A stretch of 64,000 nt of DNA from Trichormus sp. ATA11-4-KO1 (GCA_019358915.1 JAHHIM010000001.1:1-64000), one strand, 5' to 3'; positions 1 through 11,533 are shown, numbered from the stretch's first letter. Translations and numbers: made by a program. Notes: generated by a model from the sequence alone, not told the origin.

Positions 1-258
1 ATCCGTTTTTATTCATCCCTTTGTACTATCAACCAAAATAGGTATCGCCCTGTGCCAGTTCCGTCACTTATGTAATACAAATGTACTTTAATTTAGCGAT
101 CGCCTGTGCCAGTTGCGTAAGTCCTGACTTTAATAAAAACATGAGTCTTTATTCTTTAATATTCTTAATCTGCTCATCTCTTAATACTAGCTGACAGAAT
201 TACCATAATCTAATAGGCTAATCTCAAGTAGTATGCCCATAAGTTTTTAATCAAGAAT

Positions 259-582
259 ATGCCTTTTAAAATTGTCCAAAACTTTGATAGTAGTTTCGTC
301 CTTGAACCACAAGCGCAAGAGAGTTTATATAAACTATTATCCAATGAATCTTTTTTGACACAAATTTGCCAACATTCGCAATGTGAAAAAGTTGAATTTA
401 CAGAGTTACTTTTTCAACCTGTTCCCTACAGCTTAACTACGCCTAAAGGAATGCCTGCAGAGTTTGAAAAATATCATGATTCTGATGAGTATGTCATCAT
501 CAACGTACCGCCAAACTTCATGTTCAAAGCTAAAATTTTTAAACCTAGTCGTCTTTGTGCAATTTATCGGAAAATTCAGTGA
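259..582 (+). CDS. hypothetical protein (107 aa)
   Basis: Clean ATG ORF, co-oriented with the next gene; no motif recognised. Confidence 0.6.
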   Translation: MPFKIVQNFDSSFVLEPQAQESLYKLLSNESFLTQICQHSQCEKVEFTELLFQPVPYSLTTPKGMPAEFEKYHDSDEYVIINVPPNFMFKAKIFKPSRLCAIYRKIQ

Positions 583-648
583 ATAGTTATTCATAGTTAA
601 TCATATTTGATGATTAATCAATTCCGGAGAAAATGGTAAATTTAAATT

Positions 649-1194
649 ATGACTACAGAAACAAATTTTCCTACTTTGGCAAATCTGGAATACTTTCCTT
701 ACATTGACGATCGCGGTCAATTACCTGAAATATTTCAAGGTAAAATTGGAGTGTATGCAATTTTTGATCAAGCAAAAGTGTTGCAATTTGTAGGATATTC
801 ACGCGATGTTTATCTGAGTTTAAAGCAGCATTTAGTTCGTCAGCCACAACAATGTTATTGGGTAAAGGTGCAAACCATTGAACGTCCTAGCCGTACTGTT
901 TTGGAAAATATTGAAAAGGCTTGGATTGCTGAAAATGGTAGTGTCCCTTTAGGAAACAGCGAAAATCAAGAAATATGGACACAGCCTATAAATGTTAAAC
1001 CATTCATGACTCCTGAAGAAAAAGCCAATTATGATCATCCAGCTAATGATGAATTGGCGCAAATTAAAAGTATTAAAAATGCTGCCCGGCGAGTAGAAAC
1101 AGAAATTTTAGCAGTGTTAAAAGACCGGGGTTTACAAGAACAATTTCGTTTCCATCCTAAGTTGAAGGAGGAAGGATTACTGGATTTAAAGTGA
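649..1194 (+). CDS. GIY-YIG nuclease-like family protein
   Basis: GVYAIFD...LQFVGYSRDVYLSLKQH matches the GIY/YIG-type hairpin of the cyanobacterial family. Confidence 0.75.
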   Translation: MTTETNFPTLANLEYFPYIDDRGQLPEIFQGKIGVYAIFDQAKVLQFVGYSRDVYLSLKQHLVRQPQQCYWVKVQTIERPSRTVLENIEKAWIAENGSVPLGNSENQEIWTQPINVKPFMTPEEKANYDHPANDELAQIKSIKNAARRVETEILAVLKDRGLQEQFRFHPKLKEEGLLDLK

Positions 1195-1302
1195 ATTGAG
1201 GAGAATGTTGAAACACAAATCACGCAGAGGTATGCAGAGTTTAGTACTGGTGACAAAATGTAAAATATATGACTATGATTGTTGTGCTGCTCGGCGCTAA
1301 GT

Positions 1303-2742
1303 ATGCAAACTCTGTTGAACGATCGCTATCAAGTTATCCGCACATTGGGTGCTGGTGGGTTTGGTGAAACCTATCTAGCTGAGGATACCTATATGCCTTC
1401 AAAACGCCGTTGTGTGGTGAAACAGCTAAGACCAATTCAAAATAATCCCCAGATTTATCAACTGGTGCAGGAACGGTTTCAACGAGAAGCAGCCATTTTA
1501 GAAACACTCGGCGGCGCAACTGACCAAATTCCGGCTTTATATGCTTATTTCGTTGCCAATGGGCAATTTTTCTTAGTTCAGGAATGGATTGAAGGCGAAA
1601 CTCTGACGACAAAAGCGCAAAAGCAAGGGTTATTTAGTGAAGGTGCTGTCCAAGAGATATTGGTAAATTTGTTACCTGTCCTAGAGTATGTCCACTCCCA
1701 GCACATTGTTCACCGCGATATCAAACCAGATAACATCATGGTGCGTCATAGTGATGGTAAATCGGTGTTAATTGATTTCGGTGCAGTGCGGGAATCAATG
1801 GGAACAGTATTCAATTCCCACGGCAATCCTACCAGTTCAATTGTCATTGGTACACCTGGGTATATGCCGAGTGAACAAGCAGCCGGCAGACCAGTCTATT
1901 CTAGTGATTTATATAGTTTAGGTTTGACAGCGATTTATTTGCTCACTGGGAAACAGCCACAACAATTAGAGTCAGATTCCCAAACAGGTGAAATTGTGTG
2001 GCGACAGTATGCTAGTCAGATCAATCCTACATTAGTAGAGGTGCTAGATCGAGCGATCGCCTACCATCCACGCGATCGCTTTGCTTCTGCTAAAGCCATG
2101 TTAGATGCTTTGCAGAGCATAGCAAACCCGATTCCACCGACGCAACCGTTCTTCTCCCACCCGCCTATCGTACAAACACCACCACCGCCAACTATTCCTG
2201 TTAATCGCCAGCCTACCACTCAAAATCATAGTCGCAATAGCATCCTCATGGGTGGTTTAATTGCAGGTGGGTTAATTGGTGCATCTGTAATTATTAGTCA
2301 GGTGTTCAGACCATCTCCTCAACCTGTAGCAGACCAAAAAGTTATACCCACAGTTACAGAAACTCCTGTTGTGGCTTCACCTCCAGTCATCCAGAAAAAT
2401 ATTACATCCCCGGTAATCCAACAAACTATATTGCCATCACCGACAGTTAGCGAAACAACAAACAATTATTTCTGGCTATCCGAAAGACCTGTAACAAATA
2501 CTGATTTGGACGACAAAGACGGTTTTGAGCTAGATATTATGCGAAATTCGATTTATGCTCGTCACGGTCGTCGCTTTGATACTCCTGGCTTACAAGCATA
2601 TTTTAATAACCAACCTTGGTATAATCCTATATACTCACCCAAAGCATTTCCTCCTAAATTATTGTCAAAATTAGAGCAGCGTAATGCTGAATATATTAGT
2701 AAATATCAAGACCGTAACAAAAGAAGACATTTTCCCAAATAA
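1303..2742 (+). CDS. Hanks-type Ser/Thr protein kinase with TM helix and C-terminal YARHG domain
   Basis: LGAGGFGETY, VVKQL, HRDIKPDN, DFG and GTPGYMPSE motifs; TM segment ILMGGLIAGGLIGASVII; RNSIYARHGRRF. ATG at 1303 preferred over TTG at 1279. Confidence 0.92.
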   Translation: MQTLLNDRYQVIRTLGAGGFGETYLAEDTYMPSKRRCVVKQLRPIQNNPQIYQLVQERFQREAAILETLGGATDQIPALYAYFVANGQFFLVQEWIEGETLTTKAQKQGLFSEGAVQEILVNLLPVLEYVHSQHIVHRDIKPDNIMVRHSDGKSVLIDFGAVRESMGTVFNSHGNPTSSIVIGTPGYMPSEQAAGRPVYSSDLYSLGLTAIYLLTGKQPQQLESDSQTGEIVWRQYASQINPTLVEVLDRAIAYHPRDRFASAKAMLDALQSIANPIPPTQPFFSHPPIVQTPPPPTIPVNRQPTTQNHSRNSILMGGLIAGGLIGASVIISQVFRPSPQPVADQKVIPTVTETPVVASPPVIQKNITSPVIQQTILPSPTVSETTNNYFWLSERPVTNTDLDDKDGFELDIMRNSIYARHGRRFDTPGLQAYFNNQPWYNPIYSPKAFPPKLLSKLEQRNAEYISKYQDRNKRRHFPK

Positions 2743-2775
2743 TGGGAAATTTTAACGCCAAGGGTACGCAGAGGT

Positions 2776-3846
2776 TTGATGTGGGTCAAGGCTAGGGAAT
2801 CAATGGGAACAGTGTTTAATTCCCAAGGTAATCCTACTAGTTCGATTGTCATTGGTACGCCTGGGTATATGCCGAGTGAGCAAGCAGCCGGCAGACCAGT
2901 TTATTCTAGTGATTTGTATAGTTTAGGTCTAACAGCGATTTATTTACTGACAGGCAAACAACCGCAAGAATTAGAGACAGATTCACGGACTGGGGAAATT
3001 ATTTGGCACAGATACGCCCTAAGTGTAAGTCCCACATTAGCAGGAGTGATAGATCGAGCGATCGCCTATCATCCACGCGATCGCTTTGCTTCTGCTAGAG
3101 AAATCCAGGAAGCTTTACAATTGGGGTCAGTCACTGTTCCACCCACAGTAGCTTATCAGTATCCACCAGTCGCAGCAGCACCGCCTCCTGCCATACCTCA
3201 AAACACAATTGCCGTTAGTCCAGGGACTTCCCCACCACCTGCTCATCCACCTAGTGGACAAAAAGGAATTTTTCTTGGCAGTCTCATTGTCGGTGGTTTG
3301 ATTGGTGGAGCTATTATCGTTGGTTTTGCCCTCAATAGACCACCACAACCAATGGTTCAATCAATCAATTCATCCAGCGAACCTTCGCCAATTCGCAACA
3401 CCCCGGAAGATATCACACCACCTGTAAATTCCCAAACTTCCACAAATTCAGCACCCTCTACATCTGAAACTCCATCTGTTAAAATACCTATTTCAACACA
3501 GCCAGCCACCGCTAGACCTTCACCAGCACAAGCTGTGCAAAATTATTATGCAGCTATTAATCAGGGTCAGTATCAAGCTGCATGGAATCAACTATCTCCC
3601 AGCCTGCAAGATAATCAACGTCTTCACCCCAATGGTTATCTTTCTTACCTTGACTGGTGGGGAGGAAAAGTAGAAAGCGTTGATGTAACACAAGTTAATG
3701 TAGTACAAGCAAGTACAGAAACAGCCACTGTCGATGCCAAATTTCAATACTTGATGAAAAATGGGAGACAAGTTCCTGGTGCTGTGCGCTTCTCACTTTT
3801 GTGGGATGCTGAAAATAGCAGATGGATTGTGAGTGCTGTTAAATAG
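2776..3846 (+). pseudogene. N-terminally truncated Ser/Thr kinase paralog (C-lobe, Pro-rich linker, TM, extracytoplasmic domain)
   Basis: Starts at RESMGTVFNSQGNPTSSIVIGTPGYMPSEQ, just after the DFG position of the upstream kinase. Gly-loop, catalytic Lys, HRD and DFG are absent, and only ~35 bp separate it from the previous stop. Confidence 0.75.
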
Positions 3847-4018
3847 CATCAAGACAATTTACCTGTGGACACTCTTACTCTCTGTGCCTGGAGCGTGAAA
3901 ATTTCACACTTCTCTTCAACCACGCCACAGATTAAGCTCAAGATAGGGGACATAAACTGTCTCTGACTCGTCAGAGTATCTGATGTACATTTGGAAAGGG
4001 TGAATACTCGTACTTTTC

Positions 4019-5749
4019 ATGACAACAACGCTGCTGAACAATCGCTATCAAGTGATTCAAGTACTCGGTGCTGGTGGGTTTGGCGAAACCTTTCTGGCAG
4101 AAGATACCCACATGCCTTCTCGCCGTCGCTGTGTCATCAAGCAACTTAAACCGATAGCTAATGACCCCAAAACCTACCAAATGATTCAACAGCGCTTTGA
4201 GAGAGAAGCTGCGACTTTGGAGTATCTGGGTGAAAGTAGTGACCAAATTCCCAAGTTATATGCCTACTTTTCCGAGAATGGGCTATTTTATCTAGTCCAG
4301 GAATGGATTCACGGTCAAACCTTGACAGATGTTATTGCAGCCAAAGGTACTGTAAATGAAACTGCTGTTAGGGAAATTCTTTTGAGTCTGCTATCAGTAT
4401 TGGATTATGTCCACAGTAAAGGCATTATTCATCGGGATATCAAACCGGATAATATAATTCTGCGTTCCCTTGATAACAAACCAGTTTTGATTGATTTTGG
4501 TGCAGTTAAGGAAACTATCCGTTCTGTAGTGAGTTCTCCCAATTATCCTACACGCTCAATGGTAATTGGTACACCTGGATATATGCCTACTGAACAAGCT
4601 GTAGGACGACCAGTCTACGCCACTGACATCTACAGCTTAGGCTTAACGGCGATTTATCTCCTGACTGGCAAACATCCATCAGAACTGCAAACACATCTAC
4701 AAACCGGAGAAATTTTGTGGCAGGAGTATGCGCCTGATATATCCGCTCATCTGACCACAGTACTCAATCAGTCCATCAAACCCCATGCAGGCGATCGCTA
4801 TAGTACTGCCAGTAAAATGCTATATGCTTTAAAGTCTGCTAGTGATATTTCTCCCCCATCTTCCATCGCTACTCCCACAATCAGCCTCAGTCCTGCCAAT
4901 GCAGCATCAACTCAGCAAACCAAAGCAATATCTTCCCCTCAAACCATTCCAGCCAGCAACTGGCAAAAGCCTACTTGGATTATCGGCAGTTTACTAGTGG
5001 GTGGCTTAGTTGGTGGGGTAGCAATTTCTAGCATTACTCGTCAACCACAATCTGAAACACCCATTACTACGTCATCGACACCCCCACCAGCGACAAACTC
5101 CACTACCCCAGAATCTCCGCCTTCGGAACCTGCTGAGACACCAGTTGCGTTACTACCTACCCCCAGGGTATCAGCACCACCCCAGATACAAACTCCAGAA
5201 ACTGAACCAGTCCTAGAGTCTAACATCCCACCACCACAGCCAGAAACTCCAGCAGCATCTTCTTCAGAGCCAGTAGTACCAGCACCAGCACCACCACAGC
5301 CAGAAGCTCCCGAACCAACCCAAGATTCAGCTCCTAGCAATACCAAAACTCCCAGTGTGCCAGCTTTTCCGACTGGCACTTCTGAAAGTGCTGTCACAGC
5401 AGCTTTGGGACAGCCTAGTAAAATCTCCCAAGGGTTATGGAATACCCGTGCTTTTCTCTATCAGTTAGAAGATAATGTTGACCTGGGGTACTTATTTGAC
5501 CGAAAAACGGGAATTCTTCGCCAAACCGAGGTAGCTTTTGACCAATCTGTTTCCCCGGAAGTCATGCAAACGACATTACAGGGAAAACTTGGTGGTAATG
5601 CTACTAGCAATATCCAGTCAGGTCTGCAAAAAGTCTACAACCGCCAAACTCGGCGATACTCTTTTAATGTTGGCAAATTAAAAGGTGTAATTGAACGCAA
5701 CAACAAGGATCGGATTTACATAGGCATCTGGGATGCTGATTTGCATTAA
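4019..5749 (+). CDS. Hanks-type Ser/Thr protein kinase, membrane anchored
   Basis: Full kinase motifs (LGAGGFGETF, HRDIKPDN, DFG), TM segment, Pro/Glu-rich linker and C-terminal domain. Confidence 0.92.
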   Translation: MTTTLLNNRYQVIQVLGAGGFGETFLAEDTHMPSRRRCVIKQLKPIANDPKTYQMIQQRFEREAATLEYLGESSDQIPKLYAYFSENGLFYLVQEWIHGQTLTDVIAAKGTVNETAVREILLSLLSVLDYVHSKGIIHRDIKPDNIILRSLDNKPVLIDFGAVKETIRSVVSSPNYPTRSMVIGTPGYMPTEQAVGRPVYATDIYSLGLTAIYLLTGKHPSELQTHLQTGEILWQEYAPDISAHLTTVLNQSIKPHAGDRYSTASKMLYALKSASDISPPSSIATPTISLSPANAASTQQTKAISSPQTIPASNWQKPTWIIGSLLVGGLVGGVAISSITRQPQSETPITTSSTPPPATNSTTPESPPSEPAETPVALLPTPRVSAPPQIQTPETEPVLESNIPPPQPETPAASSSEPVVPAPAPPQPEAPEPTQDSAPSNTKTPSVPAFPTGTSESAVTAALGQPSKISQGLWNTRAFLYQLEDNVDLGYLFDRKTGILRQTEVAFDQSVSPEVMQTTLQGKLGGNATSNIQSGLQKVYNRQTRRYSFNVGKLKGVIERNNKDRIYIGIWDADLH

Positions 5750-5777
5750 AAAAAAGCCTGCACAAGCAGGCTTTTTT
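5750..5777. terminator. bidirectional intrinsic terminator
   Basis: AAAAAAGCCTGC-ACAA-GCAGGCTTTTTT hairpin with A/T tails between the convergent kinase gene and rplL. Confidence 0.8.
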
Positions 5778-5836
5778 ATAGTCCCTAATCAAATTATGTG
5801 AATGACAAGGACTTCAAATCTGTGGCGCAATCTTGA

Positions 5837-6229
5837 TTACTTGACAGTTACTTTACCGCCAGCTTCTTCAATCCGCTTCTTGGCATCTTCAGCAGCATCC
5901 TTCGCAATAGCTTCCTTGATTGCCTTAGGCGCAGCTTCTACCATATCTTTGGCTTCTTTTAGACCTAAACCAGTCAATTCCCGGACAATCTTCAGTACGG
6001 CAATCTTCTTGTCAGCAGGAACGGATTCTAGGATAACGTCAAACTCAGTTTTCTCTTCTACTGGTTCAGCAGCAACAGCAGCAGCACCGGGAGCCATCAT
6101 CATCATACCGCCAGCAGGTGCAGCTGCGCTCACGCCAAAAGCTTCTTCAATTTGTTTGACTAATTCAGATGCTTCCAGCAAAGAAAGGGTTTTTAATTGT
6201 TCGAGAATTTGATCAGTTGTAGCAGACAT
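5837..6229 (-). CDS. rplL: 50S ribosomal protein L7/L12
   Basis: [10 protein letters not shown]...[24 protein letters not shown] signature; operon context. Confidence 0.98.
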   Translation of the reverse strand: MSATTDQILEQLKTLSLLEASELVKQIEEAFGVSAAAPAGGMMMMAPGAAAVAAEPVEEKTEFDVILESVPADKKIAVLKIVRELTGLGLKEAKDMVEAAPKAIKEAIAKDAAEDAKKRIEEAGGKVTVK

Positions 6230-6327
6230 TGATATAACTCCTGTAATGTTAATTTTGTTGTTGTCTACCCCAAACTTGATTTAAGGGTAAACTTCAGCCG
6301 GCAAATTCTGGTGTAGTTTGGCAGATT

Positions 6328-6879
6328 TTATTCAGCAGCACTTTCAGTGCTGTCGCCTTGCTCTTTATCAACCCTAGCTTGCAAAGCACGGGCCAAAGAA
6401 CCAGGAACTTCGTTGATACTCACGGCTAACTGAGTAGCCACAGCATTGATAGCTCCGGCAATTTGCGCGATGAGTTGTTCTTTAGATGGCAAGTCTCCCA
6501 GAGCCTTGACATCAGGTTCTTTGAGCAGGCGACCTTCCATAACGCCACCACGAAGTTCTGTCTTCTTGGTAACTTTCTGGAATTCTTGATAAGCCTTAAT
6601 TGCCGAGGAAAAATCCTCTTTAACTAGTAAAAAAGCCGAAGCACCATTGAGCAATTCTGAAAGTGGTTGCCAGTTTTCATCACCGTCAATAGCAATGCCC
6701 ATTAAGGTGTTCTTAGTTACCTTACAAACAGTGCCAGTCGGACGCAGTCGGCGGCGTAAGTCAGTGATTTGAGCAACTGTTAGCCCCTGATAGTCAATGA
6801 CTAGTGCCAAAGTTGACTCACTCAAAGTTTCTTTGAGGTCAGCTACTATCTCTTTTTTATCTTCTAGGGTTCTACCCAT
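6328..6879 (-). CDS. rplJ: 50S ribosomal protein L10
   Basis: [24 protein letters not shown] and LPSKEQL motifs; operon context. Confidence 0.97.
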   Translation of the reverse strand: MGRTLEDKKEIVADLKETLSESTLALVIDYQGLTVAQITDLRRRLRPTGTVCKVTKNTLMGIAIDGDENWQPLSELLNGASAFLLVKEDFSSAIKAYQEFQKVTKKTELRGGVMEGRLLKEPDVKALGDLPSKEQLIAQIAGAINAVATQLAVSINEVPGSLARALQARVDKEQGDSTESAAE

Positions 6880-7204
6880 ACTTATTTCACCTCCAAGGGC
6901 AAAATCATAAATTTTCGCTAAGTAAAACCTTCCCCAATCTATTCATTAAGACTAGAATCAGTGTTACTTCCTGCTTCAACTAGAGCCGCGCGGCGGTTTT
7001 TATCCACAGGCATAAATTCGGGAGTAGCTCTCCCTATTTTTGCTAAATTCAGCACCGGATTTAAATCTCTTTTTGGTCTTAACTTGTGTGTTTTACTCTG
7101 TTCGATTAAAAACAATAAACCCCAGCTATTTTGGCCGGGGTTTCACAAAAAGACTCATTATACCTCAGTAATCAAACCACAAAGGGTAATACTTTAGGCA
7201 ATTA

Positions 7205-7262
7205 GAGCTTTAACCTCGGCAGGATATTTAAGCCACTGGCTCCTGCTTTCTCCGGCTTTGCT
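7205..7262 (-). promoter_or_regulatory. ribosomal protein L10 leader (autoregulatory RNA element), approximate bounds
   Basis: Minus strand reads AAGCCGGAGAAAGCAGG...CTTAAATATCCTGCCGAGG in the rplA-rplJ spacer, the usual site and pattern of the L10 leader. Confidence 0.6.
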
Positions 7263-7333
7263 TATTTAGTTTTGAGTCGGGAGAATGTACTAGGTACTGA
7301 GCTTTTCTCGTCGTCTCTAGTCTCTCATCCCTA

Positions 7334-8050
7334 TTAAGCTACTTCGGTCAGTTTCAAATCCCGTAGAGCGCTGATATCGACTTTAATCGATGGCCCCATA
7401 GTAGAGGCTACATAAATTGAACGCCAATAACGACCTTTGGCTCCTGAAGGACGGTTACGGTCAATAGTTTCTTGTAACGCCTTCAAGTTTACCAACAAAT
7501 CTTCAGGGGAAAATGCAACCTTACCAAACATAACATGGACAATGCCAGTTCGATCAGCTCGGAATTCTAATTTACCAGCTTTGAATTCAGCGATCGCACT
7601 TGCTACGTCAAATGTCACGGTTCCACCTTTGGGTGATGGCATTAAACCACGAGGGCCTAATAATTTACCCAACTTTGCCACCTGTGGCATCACATCCGGT
7701 GTAGCAATCAGCTTGTCGAAATCCATCATGCCTTGTTGAATTTCGTTAATCAGCTCTTCTGAACCAACTACATCAGCACCAGCGTTACTGGCTTCTGTGA
7801 CTTTTTCACCTCTAGCAATTACCGCCACCCGTACAACTTGTCCAGTACCTTTGGGTAGTGCCACCGTTGTCCGCAGTTGTTGGTCTGTATACTTGGGGTC
7901 AATCCCTAACCGAATATGTGCTTCTGCGGCTTCAGGAAATTTAGCTGTTGCTGTCTCTTTTAACAGATTTAAAGCCTCTAAAGGCTCATAATCCTTGTCT
8001 TCTACTTTTTCTAGCAGCGCCTGCAAACGACGCGATATTTTTTTTCCCAT
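7334..8050 (-). CDS. rplA: 50S ribosomal protein L1
   Basis: [16 protein letters not shown] and STMGPS motifs. Confidence 0.98.
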   Translation of the reverse strand: MGKKISRRLQALLEKVEDKDYEPLEALNLLKETATAKFPEAAEAHIRLGIDPKYTDQQLRTTVALPKGTGQVVRVAVIARGEKVTEASNAGADVVGSEELINEIQQGMMDFDKLIATPDVMPQVAKLGKLLGPRGLMPSPKGGTVTFDVASAIAEFKAGKLEFRADRTGIVHVMFGKVAFSPEDLLVNLKALQETIDRNRPSGAKGRYWRSIYVASTMGPSIKVDISALRDLKLTEVA

Positions 8051-8130
8051 TTTTCTCTCCTGGGGTAATTACGAAGTTTTGCTTCTCCCCCGATAAGTTT
8101 TGTTATTAGTCTTGCGTCTTTTGTCAATGA

Positions 8131-8556
8131 CTAATCGGCAATTGTCACGCCCATATTTTTGGCAGTACCTGCCACAATATTCATCGCCGCTTCTATGTCA
8201 TTGGCGTTGAGATCAGGCATTTTCGTTTGAGCAATTTCTTGCAATTGTGCTCTGGTAATTGACCCAACTTTCTTTTTATTGGGTTCATTAGAGCCTCTTT
8301 CTATTTTCGCTGCCTTGCGAATCAGTACTGATGCTGGGGGTGTTTTGAGTACAAATGTAAAACTCCGGTCTTCAAACACCGAAATTTCTACAGGTATTAC
8401 CATTCCAGCTTGGTCTGCTGTTTTGGCGTTGTACTCTTTGCAGAACATCATAATGTTCACACCGTGTTGACCCAATGCAGGCCCCACTGGTGGTGCTGGG
8501 TTGGCTTTTCCAGCATTCAGGGCCAGTTTAATGACCGCTACTACTTTCTTCGCCAT
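8131..8556 (-). CDS. rplK: 50S ribosomal protein L11
   Basis: [22 protein letters not shown] motif. Confidence 0.98.
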   Translation of the reverse strand: MAKKVVAVIKLALNAGKANPAPPVGPALGQHGVNIMMFCKEYNAKTADQAGMVIPVEISVFEDRSFTFVLKTPPASVLIRKAAKIERGSNEPNKKKVGSITRAQLQEIAQTKMPDLNANDIEAAMNIVAGTAKNMGVTIAD

Positions 8557-8561
8557 TTGTG

Positions 8562-9194
8562 TTAGCTCTGTTTCTCTACCTGATTAAATTCCAATTCTAC
8601 TGGTGTATCCCGGCCAAAAATCGAGAGCAAGGCTTTAAGTTTGCTTCGCTCTGGACTGACTTCAATCACCTCGCCTTCAAAGTCTTTAAATGGACCAGAA
8701 AGCACGACTATCTTATCACCAGTAGCCATGTCAATTTTGACAATTGGCTCCTGTTCGCTAGTCTGTTTGAATATCCGTTCTACTTCTGAGTGACCTAGGG
8801 GTACTGGCTTGACGTGACCGCGACTTTTGCTACCGCCACGTTTTTGTTCTGCTCCCACGAAGTTAATTACATGAGAGGTGTTTCGCACCACCTGCCAAGT
8901 ATCATCTTCCATTACCATCCGCACTAACACATAACCGGGAAAAACTTTTTCTTCGGTGTGTTGGCGACTACCATCCTTGCGAATTTTTACTGCTGGCGTA
9001 TGGGGAATTTCCACTTGGATAATTTTGTCAGCCACATCAAACGTTTGAATACGTTGCTCCAAGTTTGTCTTAACGCGTTTTTCACAGCCTGAGGCTACTT
9101 GTACTGCATACCAGCGTGCTTCATTCGACGCTGTTTCTGCTGTTTCCTCTGACTGCAACGCTGAGTTGTATGGTTCGTCTGTTGCAAAAGTCAT
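8562..9194 (-). CDS. nusG: transcription termination/antitermination factor NusG
   Basis: [18 protein letters not shown] and KOW motif [11 protein letters not shown] at 9194 overlaps the secE stop (TGATG). Confidence 0.96.
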   Translation of the reverse strand: MTFATDEPYNSALQSEETAETASNEARWYAVQVASGCEKRVKTNLEQRIQTFDVADKIIQVEIPHTPAVKIRKDGSRQHTEEKVFPGYVLVRMVMEDDTWQVVRNTSHVINFVGAEQKRGGSKSRGHVKPVPLGHSEVERIFKQTSEQEPIVKIDMATGDKIVVLSGPFKDFEGEVIEVSPERSKLKALLSIFGRDTPVELEFNQVEKQS

Positions 9195-9415
9195 CAGAAC
9201 ACCTGTTTTGCTACCCAAGCAAACAATCCATCGACCAAATATATCAAAGATGCGGAGAGTGTCACCATTAACAGCACAGCTGCTGATTCGCTCACTAGCT
9301 GCTTTCGACTGGGCCAAACCACTTTTTCCAGTTCTTCTCTGGTACCCTGAAAGAAGTTCGTCAAACTAAATCCATTGGTGGTTGCTGGCATTTCTGCTTC
9401 ATTTTTTTTGGCCAC
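9194..9415 (-). CDS. secE: preprotein translocase subunit SecE
   Basis: EELEKVVWPSRKQL plus a single TM helix, upstream of nusG. Confidence 0.95.
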   Translation of the reverse strand: MAKKNEAEMPATTNGFSLTNFFQGTREELEKVVWPSRKQLVSESAAVLLMVTLSASLIYLVDGLFAWVAKQVF

Positions 9416-9608
9416 TGTCGTCTATCCCCCCATTTCTTATACAGCTATACCCTGCTAATTTTCATCCAGGTCTACAGCTTCGACTCCATCATACTTATCT
9501 GGAAGCAAAAAAGCTGCAAATACAAAATAATTGTACCAAAAATAGTTAGCACTAAATGCTATCTTAGCAAAAGTGCCATTCTTTCGGGCTATGTTTTTTG
9601 TTTTCGAG

Positions 9609-9681
9609 CGCGCCCTGGAGGACTTGAACCCCCGACATCAGGTTTTGGAGACCTGCGTTCTACCAACTGAACTAAGAGCGC
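9609..9681 (-). tRNA. trnW: tRNA-Trp (CCA)
   Basis: Minus strand GCGCTCTTAGTTCAGTTGGTAGAACGCAGGTCT-CCA-AAACCTGATGTCGGGGGTTCAAGTCCTCCAGGGCGCG folds as a cloverleaf; 3' CCA is not encoded. Confidence 0.96.
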
Positions 9682-9830
9682 ACAAGCTGGGTTGGATTCA
9701 GTTATTGCGCCGAACCTTTTTTAGTGTAACGCAATTTCGACTCTTATTTTACCTGATTTTTGTCGGGGGAACAAATTAGCGGCAAATGCCGCTTGCTAGC
9801 AGAATTTTCTCCCATACTTTGAGCCGAGGT

Positions 9831-10193
9831 TTACAAAGAGCGGTCAAACCGTTGTTTGATCCGGGTGGCTTTACCTACGCGATCGCGTAGATAGTAGAGT
9901 TTAGCACGCCGGACTTTACCTCGACGCAGGACTTTGATGTTGTCAATCCGGGGAGAATGCAACAAAAACACCCGCTCTACACCAATGCCTTGAAACACGC
10001 GACGGACTGTAATAGTTTCGTTAATACCACCATTGCGTTTAGCAATGACAACGCCTTCGTAGGGCTGCACACGGTATTTCTGTCCTTCTTTGATTTTCAC
10101 GCCGACTTTCACGGTGTCACCCACATAAATAATGGGTAGATCTGATTTTAGTTGTTCCGCTTCAATGGAGCGGATGATCTCTTGAGCGCTCAT
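9831..10193 (-). CDS. rplS: 50S ribosomal protein L19
   Basis: [11 protein letters not shown] and [14 protein letters not shown] motifs. Confidence 0.98.
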   Translation of the reverse strand: MSAQEIIRSIEAEQLKSDLPIIYVGDTVKVGVKIKEGQKYRVQPYEGVVIAKRNGGINETITVRRVFQGIGVERVFLLHSPRIDNIKVLRRGKVRRAKLYYLRDRVGKATRIKQRFDRSL

Positions 10194-10351
10194 AGCCTGT
10201 CTGCTTTAAAAACTCACAATCATTAATAATAAATCGATAATCCTCTTTCAGTCTACTTATTTTTAGATTTAAATATCGATAATTTTACCGATTACAATAG
10301 CCCAGGTATCAAAGCTATATTGCAAAAGTCTGTGCTCCAGGCATCGGATTT

Positions 10352-11296
10352 ATGAAATTTAGCGTTGTCATCACTACCTATAACCGCTTAGACTTGCTGC
10401 GTCGAGCGATTGACTCTGCCCTTAACCAAACGATTCCTTGTGAGGTAGTTGTTGCCGATGACTGTTCATCTGATGAAACTGAAACATATATTCAAAGCTT
10501 AGGTAACTCTGTTGTTTACCATCGCAATCCAGTTAACAAAGGTCATGCGGCCACGGTAAATGCTGGAGTCCAAAAAGCCAGTGGTGACTGGATTAAGTTT
10601 TTGGATGATGATGATTACCTCGCTCCTAACTGTCTAGAAGAGATGGCCAGAGCGATCGCTCTATGTCCTGGTGCTGTAATCTGCTCTTGTGTGGCAGCTC
10701 AGGTGGATAGTCATGAAGTTGAACTCAGTCGCACTCCCCGACTTGGCCCTGGTTTAGCTTTTTATATCCCGCAAGCAGATATTCACTACGGTATGCTCTT
10801 AGAACTTGTGCCTTTTGGTACACCTGCTCAAGTAGCTTGTAGCCGTGATGCTTTCTGGCAAACTTATGGTTGGGACTCCAAATTTGATGCCAACTGTGAT
10901 GATATTGATTCCTGGATTCGGATTGCCCAATTTGGTCATGCTGTTTTTATTAATCAATGCCTCGCCTACCGGACTATTTGGCCTGGCGCATATAATCATA
11001 AGTTTTCTTTATCTCGACGGCTAGATACAAATATTTTAATAAAAGAGAAAATTTACGCTTTAGTTAACGAAAAACACCGCCCTCATCTCCCGACGCTGCA
11101 AAATATCAAAAATTACCTCAAACTGCATTGGACTTTAGCTGCTCTCAAGCAAAGAAATTTTCAAACTTTTTTGTTGATGTTAGATAAGTCAGTATTTTGT
11201 CCTATTTCTTGGCAACTTTTGCTGACAGCTATTGTTTGGCGACACTCTCATTTTGACAATTTTCATCTTCGTAAATTTGTTTTAATTAAGTCTTAG
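10352..11296 (+). CDS. glycosyltransferase family 2 protein
   Basis: FSVVITTYNR, VVADDCSSD and FLDDDD (DxD) GT-A motifs. Confidence 0.9.
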   Translation: MKFSVVITTYNRLDLLRRAIDSALNQTIPCEVVVADDCSSDETETYIQSLGNSVVYHRNPVNKGHAATVNAGVQKASGDWIKFLDDDDYLAPNCLEEMARAIALCPGAVICSCVAAQVDSHEVELSRTPRLGPGLAFYIPQADIHYGMLLELVPFGTPAQVACSRDAFWQTYGWDSKFDANCDDIDSWIRIAQFGHAVFINQCLAYRTIWPGAYNHKFSLSRRLDTNILIKEKIYALVNEKHRPHLPTLQNIKNYLKLHWTLAALKQRNFQTFLLMLDKSVFCPISWQLLLTAIVWRHSHFDNFHLRKFVLIKS

Positions 11297-11533
11297 ATAT
11301 TTCCTAAAAAAATATTTTCTGAGGTGGCATCTTTGCTTGCTTGAATCCCACATTCCGCACCCCCAAGCGTCACACCACAAAGAAACCAATATATTTAGTA
11401 TAGAAGAACTAATAATAAAGAAATTTTTCGAGTCACCTGGAAAGGTATAGTTTTAAGCACACCAACAGCTAAATACAACATTTCATTAATTCGTAAAAAC
11501 ACTAATTTTGATAAATTATTTAGGATTGTCACA

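Noticed and set aside
5802..6212. 136-aa plus-strand ORF and the many similar antisense ORFs in the track (e.g. 5041-5397, 7437-7739, 17913-18359, 19242-19691, 33686-34117)
   Set aside because: They lie antisense to well-supported genes, have no motifs, and are explained by codon bias on the coding strand.
9609..9681. tRNA-Trp as an integration site for the accessory DNA
   Set aside because: It sits in its usual rplS-secE context and I found no duplicated 3' end elsewhere in the window.
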